Both the position numbers and the translations under genes were made by a program. From Octopus sinensis (Eukaryota), in NCBI RefSeq assembly GCF_006345805.1, contig NC_042997.1, positions 205,282,001-205,346,000 on the forward strand: a stretch of 64,000 bases of DNA, in the 5' to 3' direction. The first letter of the stretch is position 1. Every line of letters starts with the position of its first letter. Positions 13,150-28,972 of this stretch are shown in pieces. The notes below the pieces were generated by a model that worked only from the letters and a program-made list of their open reading frames with translations, did no database searches and was not told the DNA's origin.

Positions 13150-15116
13150 AAAGGATTGTGAGTTGTTTTTCATAATGAAAAAACGTTATATTATTTTTAT
13201 GGGATTAGCAATATTTACTAGTAGTATATAAAAGAACTACGGAGTCTAATTAACTAATTTGCTATAAGTTTGAATTACCTACATTAGATTAAAAAATTAG
13301 ATAGAATTAATTTAAATCATCTATATAGCCTATTAGAATGAAAATTTATTTGCAACTAATTTATTTCTTTATGTATCAAACCTGGTACAGTTAGAGAGAA
13401 AATGACCATAGCCCATGAGCTCGTAGCTATCTAATTAATATATAATATATAATATATAATATAAGAGTATTGCATTATTAGTATAAGTAAGATAGAAAAA
13501 TCACAAAATGATTTTTATATACGGTTATCATTTAAAATATTTTAGAGTCTTAATCCTAGCGTGAATACAAGACTGACTCAATTCTATACGGTTATTCAAC
13601 AAATTATCATTTCTTCTATGCATTAGTATTTCAAATGTTTCCATGGAGCAAAGTTGACAACCAACTCTGCTATTTTTATAAGGTATAGCTCTTCTAACTA
13701 ATTCCCAATTAAGGTTATACTTAATATTATTGTTTTTGAGTTCCTAGATTTTACTTGAAAGTGTGGTGCTATCAGCTTTATGACGTAATTTGAAAGAAGA
13801 GAGATGATTGCTAAGACGTTTCTTAAAATTAATAGTACATCCTAAATAAATAAATTTGTTATTCTCTGTTGTTATGGTGCATTTATAGATTACGTTATTT
13901 AACGCGCATAGACCAGGTGCGGGGAATTTTGATCTAATTCTACAGTTACACCTAGGGGGGTCATTTTCTGATGTGGAATTACTCAAGGAAAGATGTCTCA
14001 TATTACTGCTATTCAAAATATTCTGAGTATATTTTACGCTATTATGGTTACTGCTGCTATCTAAAATAGTGTTATCTTTATTATAGTTAATGTTGTTATC
14101 TAAAGCAGTATTATCATTTATCGGTCTTTCTACACTATCATTTAATTCTATATTCCTACCATAATTACTAACATTATTGGTATTGCTACTATTATTGCCA
14201 GTATCAGTTTCTAAATGTATACTGTTACTATAGATATCATTGTTGTCTTTATTCTCGGTATTTTCTTTATTGGTATTATTCCTATTATTAACATAATTGT
14301 TCATATTTGTATTATTATAATTACTAGCTATTCTATGGCTATTGGTTATACCTATGTTATGGTAGTTATTATTATTATTGTGGCTATTATTAATTTCGGT
14401 AATGTTACTACAATTGCCATTTGTATTCCTAATGTTATTATTTAAATTTTTCCTGGCTAGTTTAATGTTATTATTATTGATCTTAGCTATTAAAGTGGAC
14501 ATATTTGGGAGGGTTGAATAAGAAATTCTGACCGTTTTTTTAGAAATAATTTTATGATATCTATGAGAGGTTGGGAAGTTCTTTTCCAGAATTATTTTGA
14601 ATCTACTCTGAATATCTGATAGAATCGCACAGTTGAAAGGAATATTTAGTCACATTATATCCTTCTTATTAAATTTCCTAGAATTAGAATTGGGGTTAGT
14701 TGAATCATTCCTACTTTCACCAGAGTCATTGTGTTTATTAATGTTCCTATTTGCATGCCTCTTTGTATTATCTAAATTTATCCTATCCGTATTAACTATG
14801 TTCTGGTCTATGTTCTTATCATTATTCTTACTTACATTTAGATTAGTTGTCACCGTAAATCTACTTCTACTTTTGTTTCTGGCGTGATCCCTATTGTTGT
14901 TTACGTGGCTATTGTTACTACTTTTATTAGGAATATGTAAGTTCTCTTTATCAATGCTACTAATTTCATGCTTCTTTGTTTTATCTAAATTTATCATGTT
15001 TTAGATGTTTGGAGAACTCAGATGTTTTTTCGGCTGATGAGTACGGGTCACTTATATTTACTGCAATATTTGCAGCCTTAATAAAGATGTCTTCGTACGA
15101 AACAATTGTACCGAAA
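13150..15116 (-). mobile_element. Degraded Penelope-like element: Asn-rich region plus GIY-YIG endonuclease, no RT visible
   Basis: CNCR..C..NVIYKC..FIYLGCT..KRLSNH. The frame continues past a single TAG at 13744 (ELKNNNIKYNLNWELVRRAIPY..CQLC..E). An upstream I.(W)LNIPFN linker motif is broken by a stop and a frameshift. Left boundary is approximate. Confidence 0.8.
15028..15116 (+). ncRNA. Type I hammerhead ribozyme
   Basis: Stem I tttcgg/ccgaaa, core CTGATGA (15034-40), stem II gtacg/cgtac, GAAA (15099-102), stem III ac-aatt-gt, GTA cleavage triplet (cut after 15110). Confidence 0.8.
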
Positions 15117-15141
15117 TATTGATCCATTCTTGTTGCTTTTT

Positions 15142-15189
<48 letters not shown>

Positions 15190-15249
15190 GATATATGTAT
15201 ATATATTTTCTCTCTAGTTTCAGCTCAGAGCTGCGGCCATGCTGATGCA

Positions 15250-17480
15250 CCTTCGTTTTGCTACACTGTTATTACTAAGAGCCTCCTCTAATATGTGGCA
15301 CTTGGTGAAGAATGGAGTTTGATATAGCTACCCTTATTTGCACCTCTTGCCGTGAGGTAGGTTCATCTGGGACTCTCGACAGGAAGAGGTACAGCTTTGA
15401 TTTAAAAACCCCTACATCTACTTTGTGCAAGTTCTTCAGACTCTCTGGGAGAATATTGAAAAGCTGTGGGCCCTTGAAACCCAGGCTTTTGCAGTAACAA
15501 GTCCTGAAGCGTGATGGCATTGCTGGGATCTTTGGCACTGTGCCGCGTCGTCCCGTTCTGGCATTGGTGTAGCTGTCAATGCCAAAATTTGGCACAATTC
15601 CTTCCAGGATCTTCCAGATACATATTATTGCATACCTCTCCCGTCTTCTCTCCAGGGAGTAGAGTCTTAGCTGTTTCAACCTTTCCCAGTAACTGAGCTG
15701 TTGCAAAGAGACGATCTTCTTTGTGAATCTTCTCTGGATTGCTTCAAGGTCTGCTGTTAATTTCACACTGGTGGCTGACTATAGCTGTGAGCAGTAATCC
15801 AGGTGGCTGAGGACGAATATCCGCCAGAGGACCATCATGGTTTCCTTATCTCTGATTCTGAATGTTCTTAGGATCCATCCAGCCAATCGTCTGCACTTTG
15901 TCGCCATCCTAGTAATGTGCACTTGGAAAGAGGTATCATCACTCACGTCGATACCCAGGTCCCTCACTGACTTAGGCTCTGAGATTAAAAGTCCATTTGG
16001 ACCGGTGTACCCTGTAAATTTTACATTAAACTGCATATTATTATCCTCAGCCTATCTGTAAATTAAGTCCAACTCCTTCTGCAGGTGTGCAACATCGCTG
16101 AGGTTCTGTATTTTTGCGAGACTTTCGTATCATTTGCATTGCTTGCAAGGGTGGCTATCCGGGCATTTGAGGGCATATCTGAGAGGGTCACTATAAAAAG
16201 CAGTGGCCCCAAGACAGTGTCCTGTGGAACACCGCTCACTATATGTGTGTTCATAGAGGTGGATCCATTAGCCACTACTGCCTGACTCCTATCTTTCAGG
16301 AAGTCATGTAACCACTCTCCAAGTTTTCCAGCTATGCCAAGGTCACGCAGTTTGTGGCATATCATACCATGATCCACCTTGTCAAAAGTTTGATTTGTTG
16401 GGTAACTTCCTTAACACCCAGTCATAATGTTGTAAGAACTGGGTCAGGCAGCTTCTACCTGGTGGAAAACCATGCTGGGTATCACTCAGCAAGTTATTTT
16501 CTTCAAGGAATGCTATTAGTTTCCCTCTGACTATCCATTCTATGACTTAGCTGATGTGTGAAGTCAGAGAGATAGGCCTATAGTTTTTATCATCTGCTCT
16601 ACTTCCCCCTTTATGTATTGGACATATTATTGTCTCCTTCAGTTTGCTTGGCAGTTTTCCATTTGTAAGAAAGCTCGGGAAGAGAATCTGGAGGGGTTTT
16701 GCCAGGGCATGCTTACACGATTTGAGGAGGGTTGCTGGGAAAGCATCAGGACCAGCAGTTGAGTTTGTGTCCACTTCATCTATGGCTAGTTGTATATCTT
16801 CTCCGCTAATGTCAATGTATTCCATTGTAACTGCCTCGCTGGTTATAGGTGAGGTGGCAAAGAAGCCATTGGCTCGTTCACTTGTCTGTGTTCCAACGGG
16901 GTGGTAAAGACACTTTTGAACTGGTCATTCAGTATCTCACTGATTTTAGTTGGACAGGCTATGAGGGAACCATCCTTTTGGAGGGGAGTTCCTATCTTGC
17001 AGTGTACTGAGGCTATTTCTTTTTTGCCGTCCTCCCCATGCCAACATTTGCCTTGCATGTAAAATGTGCAGGTTCTTGGTTGCCTTCCAGATTTCTTCTT
17101 TCCTGCAGGGTTTTGGATGGCATTGGATCCTCCATGGGGTTTTCTATTGTTTGGTTGGGAGTTGGGGTTTCGGTTTTGGTTCTTTTGCCTTTTCCATTTT
17201 TTCCTTTCCTTCTTTATTTTTGTTTTCCGTCCTTCCTTTTCTTGTTTTAGAAACTTTTTTCTTCTGATTTTCTAATGGAGTGATGGCTCCGTTCCTTTCT
17301 GGGATCGCTGACATAGGTGGGCTCCCACTTACTGCTTTCTTGTCTCCCCTATCCTTTTCTATCTGGTCGTTCACCGGGGCGGGTGATCCATACTTTTGGG
17401 GAACCTCTGGATTACAGAGACTTCCGGGTTTTGTTTCCTTTTCTTTTTCGTCTTCTCCATCCTTATTAGCCTTGCCAAAA
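15250..17480 (-). mobile_element. Degraded CR1/L2-group LINE (RT region)
   Basis: KNYRPISLTSH, SGVPQDTVLGPLLF, ANDTKV, VRDLGIDVSDD, LDYCSQL, LEAIQRRFTK and YSLERRRERY across several broken ORFs. Confidence 0.9.
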
Positions 17481-17726
17481 TAGTTTTCTCTTATTTATTT
17501 CTCTCACAAAAAATCATTCGAGTTCAAATTAGGAAATATTACAACTAAAATAGGAACTTGCAAAGCACAAAATACAATATGACCTCTGCTCCGCTGGCCA
17601 CAACATTTGTCTTTCTAGTAAATAAATAATAAAATAGATTTACATTCATTTTTAATTAAATACTCTTTATTTCAAATATTTACAAAATAACGAAACTAAA
17701 ATGAATCTTCAATATTTTATGACTTC

Positions 17727-17751
17727 TATCTATCTTGTTTTTCTCTTACAG
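17727..17751 (+). promoter_or_regulatory. 3' splice acceptor 10 nt upstream of the copy 2 ATG
   Basis: cttgtttttctcttacag|aaaacgaaatATG. Confidence 0.7.
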
Positions 17752-17761
17752 AAAACGAAAT

Positions 17762-19963
17762 ATGGCTGCCATGCAGATGACGATAACAACAAGCAGTTCA
17801 CTTTTCCTTGTGATTACTTTTATTGTCGTTCTAATATCACTAAACATAGAAGCGAAGGAACTTGGAAATAACTGTGAAATTAAGATTTCTCCCAATGTCC
17901 ATAAGATTTTATCTCGTTTAGTAAGATCAGACAAAAAGGTTTTCAATTTCGATGTCCATTTATCCGATAAAAGGCTTGATGACCTTCTGAAACCCGTACG
18001 AATGGATTATTTCGCAAACGCGAGACAATTTACCTGGATTCCAGAGGAACCAGATGGTTTAATAGCGTATAAGAATTTCTATTATGATTTTTCAATGCAC
18101 TCTTTCAATGTATTAGGAGCTTACATTGCTACTCTGAGGGTTGATATCGATATAAATTGTGGGAAACAAAATATTCAGAGACATGATTTACTATATTTGA
18201 TTTTCCAGGAATTGAAAATAATCGCAGTGATCGATACATTAAAAATAGGAGAATCTGGTTACATGTGTTTTCTAATAAATTTATCTCAGGACATGAAGAA
18301 GAACAGCCCTGAGTCATTAAAAGCTAACAGAAGAATCGGTTTAAATAGAGAGTTGGTGAAGAACTATTGCTGTAAACTCTATAAAAATGAAAGCTTTGTT
18401 TATCACCCAAAATCAATTTGTTCTGGAAATATCATGGAAAATAGTATGTTTCTCAATTATGCAAATATCGTCGGAACTGTTGTATGGGCATATTTTCCCT
18501 TAATTATTAGTGTTCTTTCACTAACGAAATCACCTTCATTTCCCCATCAAAACACATTGCCATACAGATTAGAATGGATTAACCAAAACCATAATACTTA
18601 CAATTGCCCTCATTTTCTGTCTTGGTTATTTTGCTTTCATCATTCCACTTTCTTGGCCTCAAAATTAAGAAGATTCTTTTTTATTCTATCTTCTCTTTCA
18701 ATAATTTTCCTGGATCTTTTGATGCATTACTTCTGTTTATATGAAACAATAGAGATATTTTTCCAAGATGGTATACCATTGGGACATCGCGCCTTAATAT
18801 TAGGAATATCAGAAAGTTATGAGAATACAGATGGCTTTTTTGGCGGTCCCTTTGTATGGTTAATCTGTTACGTATGTTTCTATTTCATCCTCTTCGTTCT
18901 TCCCAGTCGAGCAAGTGAGACTATCGCTTATAATACATTACATCAAGGATCCACTTTCACGTTTCTCATTCAAAATATGAGTTTATTACAGAAGTATGGC
19001 AATTTAAATGTTTCTACACTACAGGATTATGATCTACTCTATGCAGTAATGAAAGCTAATATTTCTCTAGCTCTAAACCCAAATTTCTGGTATCTAATAA
19101 TCCATACTTGGATTAATCGTATAAAGAAAATTTGGTTATATTACTACAGGAGAAATATTTTCTGGAAATTCATTACACTTTGGCTCTTTGTTTCCATTAC
19201 AATTTTATTTGCTGTATTTTCTGTCTGCGAATTATTTCTGTGCCTCGTTTATTATGGAATCCCAATTATGTATCTGATTTTAACTTTACCTTTCAGCTAT
19301 TTTAAATTTTATATCTTCTCACTCTGTAGGAACAAGAATCGTATTTTTAAGATTACTGCTGTATTTTTTACTTGTCTATTGCTTCCATTGTATTTTTTAT
19401 GGACTCTCGTTACAATCTATATATTTCTTACAAGTTTTCACATCTTATGCTACTACATATTTACGATTGCGGTTGCAGTTCTTGCTGAACCTGATAATGT
19501 CGGGGACGTATGGTTTGTTGCCATGTTTTTCGTCTATAGTGTTGCAATTGTGAACGCCATCATAAAGCATTATGACTCAATAATAGTTCAGTCTATAAAA
19601 CTCACCAAAGCTGTTTGTCCAAGTTTGATTCAGTCAAGCTATGGAGAGGAATTCATAAATGCCAAGCTGTTCAAGACAATTGTTAACCATCATTTTCCAT
19701 TGAGATACGAGATTGGTAAATCCATTATAAAACTGTTTCTCATCGTATCTTTTTTCTTTGCTTGCAACAATATAATAAGTCGAGAAGACTTGGACTTATC
19801 AGCGTTCACAAGGATTACTTTGATATTGATGACGTCTATGATACCTACATTATTGTCTATAATAAACACAAACCGTAGATTAGCAGTAACCATGTTAGAT
19901 AATATTATCGAAACAATTAATGTATATGCCGGAGACGTTATCAAGTTATTTGATATTCTTTAA
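17762..19963 (+). CDS. Orphan multi-pass membrane family, copy 2 (733 aa from the ATG at 17762)
   Basis: Uninterrupted ORF homologous end to end to the other copies. The MAAMQ start is conserved. The track's start at 17735 is a TTG upstream of the splice acceptor. Confidence 0.9.
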   Translation: MAAMQMTITTSSSLFLVITFIVVLISLNIEAKELGNNCEIKISPNVHKILSRLVRSDKKVFNFDVHLSDKRLDDLLKPVRMDYFANARQFTWIPEEPDGLIAYKNFYYDFSMHSFNVLGAYIATLRVDIDINCGKQNIQRHDLLYLIFQELKIIAVIDTLKIGESGYMCFLINLSQDMKKNSPESLKANRRIGLNRELVKNYCCKLYKNESFVYHPKSICSGNIMENSMFLNYANIVGTVVWAYFPLIISVLSLTKSPSFPHQNTLPYRLEWINQNHNTYNCPHFLSWLFCFHHSTFLASKLRRFFFILSSLSIIFLDLLMHYFCLYETIEIFFQDGIPLGHRALILGISESYENTDGFFGGPFVWLICYVCFYFILFVLPSRASETIAYNTLHQGSTFTFLIQNMSLLQKYGNLNVSTLQDYDLLYAVMKANISLALNPNFWYLIIHTWINRIKKIWLYYYRRNIFWKFITLWLFVSITILFAVFSVCELFLCLVYYGIPIMYLILTLPFSYFKFYIFSLCRNKNRIFKITAVFFTCLLLPLYFLWTLVTIYIFLTSFHILCYYIFTIAVAVLAEPDNVGDVWFVAMFFVYSVAIVNAIIKHYDSIIVQSIKLTKAVCPSLIQSSYGEEFINAKLFKTIVNHHFPLRYEIGKSIIKLFLIVSFFFACNNIISREDLDLSAFTRITLILMTSMIPTLLSIINTNRRLAVTMLDNIIETINVYAGDVIKLFDIL

Positions 19964-20399
19964 TAAAAGATGACGCCTGTTGACCTAGAAATACCTGTTA
20001 CAACTATCCTGTATCCACCCCACCCCCACGCAAGCCATTTAAATGTATAATCTCAAAGAATATTTGATTGCTTAATCTTATCTTTCTGCCTGATTTAATT
20101 CAGATTTTTGTTTATTTCGTTTCGAATCAAATAAAGAATTCATTTGGATATCTACTTGAACATTGTTTGACTTTCTTCTCGAAACCCATTCCTCTGGACA
20201 CTATGGCTTATTAATCTCTATCCATTTCCGCTTTTTTGTGCGCGTGTGTGTATCAATCAAAGCATACAGTAATATAGCTCCTTTGCAGCCGATCTTACTA
20301 ATCGTATTCGATAACCAGGTATTAGACACCTGTGTGGTTAATTAGCACCACGTCCTTTGGTAAAATAGCTGATAGGGGATAAAATATAGCAACCGCTCT

Positions 20400-21350
20400 C
20401 TTATTGGAGGTGAAAATTTTCACGGCCACTCTGTGGATGCTGTGGGGACTAGACTACAGGATGCTTGTGAAATCTGGACAGTTTACCAGACATGCTAAAA
20501 AATGTAACCACTTTCACCTGACACACCTGCAAAAAGTTCTTAACATCAGAGGACAATAAAACTCCAAATAGAAGTGTTTTCGACAGAGCTAACATTCCAA
20601 GCGTGTATGCTTTATGAGCGAATTCTAACTGCGGTAGAGTGAACATGTAGCGCACATGCCCGACTTCACTCTTTCCAGACAGATCTTCGCAAAAGTAACA
20701 TTTGGTTCTTGATCACAATGTGGACCAAACAAAAGATACAAAAACACGCACAAGACAACCTTGGAAAAAGTATAACTTAGGGCAGTCAAGTTTGATACAA
20801 CTTGCTAAGAATGGTTTATTGTGTAAAAATCCAAATAACCAAATAAGACGAGTCTATTGGCACTTCACCAAATTGAAGAAGACTTGCAACAGCATAAATA
20901 TCGACAACGTTCATCAGTAGAATAAATTTGGTTGAAAGCCTTAATTCCTGGGTACGTCTGAATGCTCCGTGTCTCTATTTTCTTGAATAGCAAAGGGAGA
21001 GAGAGTATAATATACATATGGAAAATCCTGGACGGTTATGCGTTCCCAATTTTGACAGAGAGAGTTTTAATGCTGACACAGTCAGCTTCCAAATATATCA
21101 CCTTCAAAATCACAAGCAAAAACACCCCATTGTACCCGCCTGATTTTAAGAGGTCCCTAATTTTCAACTGCCTACCAAAAGAAGTCAGAAGTAAAAACGG
21201 AACCTCAAGTGAAACATTACAAAATAAAACAATAACATTGGATACACTCCGAATGATGATACCGGACCAGGCGACGACCATTCAAGGATACACTCAGGGA
21301 GGACCAGCTGCTACAAATCCAGTAATGGACCAACTTCCAGCCATAGAGTG
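20400..21350 (+). mobile_element. Old CR1/L2-group LINE fragment
   Basis: IIYIWKILDG..LIFNCLPKEVR resembles IICIWKILEG..QLFNILPESLK in the 15.3-17.5 kb element. Confidence 0.55.
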
Positions 21351-22779
21351 AGAACAAAACTGAAAGAAAATAAATTAAGGTGGTGCTCCAGTATGGCAGA
21401 GGTCCTACGACTGAAACATTAAAAGAATAACAAGAGCGCTCAGAGCGCACAAACCTCCGCCAAGGCAACACCAACGTCCTCTCAACGATTAGCCAGAGAT
21501 GAAATTTCAGATTGCAGGATTTATGAAATGATATGATGATATTATTGCTTTGCGATTTAAACCGAAACCAAAGGGATCAATGGTGGGAATTTTGTGATTG
21601 TAACAAAGCTGAAGAGAGGAAAGCAGCCAAAAGAGAACTGATTGTCGGATGGTAGAACCCAAAACTGCCTTTCTATGTAGGTAACTTATTGACTTTTACT
21701 ATCAAACTTACAACGGGGAAGTAAACATACCAAGTTGAGTGCACTGGTAGAAGAAAAGAACTGATACTCAAAAATAATATCGATCAATTGGCGATAAACT
21801 GCTGACTAATTGCTTGTTAGAATCTCACGTGTAACATTTATACAAGCTGTGTGAACCATTAAGTGCCGGGTGACTGCGATAGTGTGATAATATCAGAGTT
21901 GAACAAGCATCTGGGAAGATTTTGTGCACGTGTTGACCATCTTTTAATTAGCAAAGTTATGAGGTGTGGTGGCATAGGAGGAACCTGGTCGTAGTTTTTC
22001 TGGTGTAGCTAACAGGTGAAGAAGTGGAGCACATTTTCCAAAATTAGCACCTTTTAAAAAACGTATAATCAAGGAATTAAAAAATGTTAAATAGTAATTA
22101 TTTATAGGTTGAGGTTTATGAAATTTATAATTAATTTTTTTTTGTTTTCGTTAATGACATCTCTAATATTTATAGAAAAAATAAGTGTAATATCACGGAA
22201 TTTATTATCAAGTCAACTGTAGAAAACTATTTGAAGAGGTAGATACTAAAAGATGATTAATAAAAAATGTAAAATAGAAGTTTTGAAGATGAGAAGGAAT
22301 TTACTTATTTACCCACTGCAATACGTATATAATCATCTATGGAGCAGTATAGAAAATTTATATTTATATTGAATGATCTCGAAAAGAATTGTTTATAATT
22401 GTAGAGAAAGCCAAATATAAAGTTAGATTTTTGTATAGTGTAGGGGAGATAACAATTATGGGAAAAGATGCAGTCTTATATTTTTATAAAACTAAAAATT
22501 AAATTGATTGACATCATATGTAGATGGATATGTAAGCGCAAATTTCTAGGTGTTACATACGTATATCCGTAAAATTTATGCGTATACATACCGGTGCAAC
22601 CGTATCTACCTATACAAAATGATTTAGTACATAGAAAAGTACACACAAATAAAAACTTACCTATGCATACACACACGCATATACACACACACATATACAT
22701 ATAAATATATATGTAACGTCTAAAAATTGATTTGTAAACAATAATATGATATGTGAGAGTCAGCAGTTGTGACAATAAG

Positions 22780-27480
<4,701 letters not shown>

Positions 27481-27588
27481 AAACACACACATACGCATAT
27501 ATATATATATATATATAATATGAGGGAATATTATTCCAAACTTACAGGAAAAAATTGAATTTAGAAATACTAAATCGAATTTCACAAT

Positions 27589-27667
<79 letters not shown>

Positions 27668-28972
27668 AATCAGAAAAAATACCGTTTAACCAATTCAATA
27701 ATGAAAGATTAAATTATACCTTAGAAATCTACATATTATAGAATGATTAAATATAAGATAAAACATATAACAATGATTAAATAATGTACAAAATAGAAAA
27801 TAAAACGTATATATTTGGTAGAATAACGACACTTGTTTCGTGGCTATATTTAATAAATGATGATATTAATAATTAAAGTAAAATCCCTTCAATATATATA
27901 CCCACTCTTGAGGTTAAAAACAAAAACAATACAATAATTATTTAGAAAAATTAATAAATATACGTAGATAAGCTTGTAAAATACGAAATATCTTAACAAA
28001 TATATTCTTGTTTAAATAAAATATAGAATGAAACAAGGATATAATTAATTATATATATATATATATTTTAATATAAAATATACATTAAGTGAAAACTAAA
28101 TACTATAATTTAAACTATATACATTAAATTAAATTATTAATTAATTTATTTATTTAATATACATCTAAATAAAATCTTACACTCATTAAGTAATTTATAT
28201 TAAAAACTGTAATGTTAAGTAATATAGATAATGTTAGTACAAGCTATACATATTAAAATTAAGAATAGGAAATGGTTTAATTATATACACACCTATTAGA
28301 TAAACTAACTATATTATCAATATATTTGTAGTATCTATAGATTTAATATTTTACTCAATTATATAGTTGACCAAAATATCAATTAATATTAAATACATTT
28401 ACTTAAATGTAATACTACATAATAAATAGACCACCTAACTATTGAATAATATATTGTCTTACAAAACTAATTCTCACATTAAATTATATATAATTCGCTA
28501 AATCTCATTATAAAAATAATAATAATAATAATAAAATTATAAAAAAATAAATATATATACATACCATTACTAATAATTATCAAGAAATTAAATATAAATT
28601 AATATTTTAACAACAACAACAACAACAATAATAATTATAATAATGATAATAATAATTATAATAACAAAGAGTTCAACCAACACAAAACCTCACCTCGGCT
28701 CTATTGTTAACCAAATATGAAAGTATTATTTGACAGGCAAGAACTCTGGCGTTGAAGACAGTCAGCCAGCCAACCACCAAGCCAGCCAACGAGACAGACA
28801 GACACTACTGTGATGGTGATGATGATAAAAAATAACAATAAGATACTGCTGTGACTACACATAAAACAATATCATTGATGATGATGATGGTGATGGTGAT
28901 GATGATGGTGATGATGGTGATGGTGGTGATAATGATGATAGTGATAATAATGGTGATGATAATAATAATAAG

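Noticed and set aside
17735-17761. N-terminal extension MFFSYRKRN of copy 2
   Set aside because: It starts at a TTG inside the pyrimidine tract upstream of the splice acceptor; all paralogs start at MAAMQ.
27700-28700. Possible fourth Penelope relic or gene exons in very AT-rich DNA (also 21500-22470 and 23750-24100)
   Set aside because: No translatable motif could be supported by eye.
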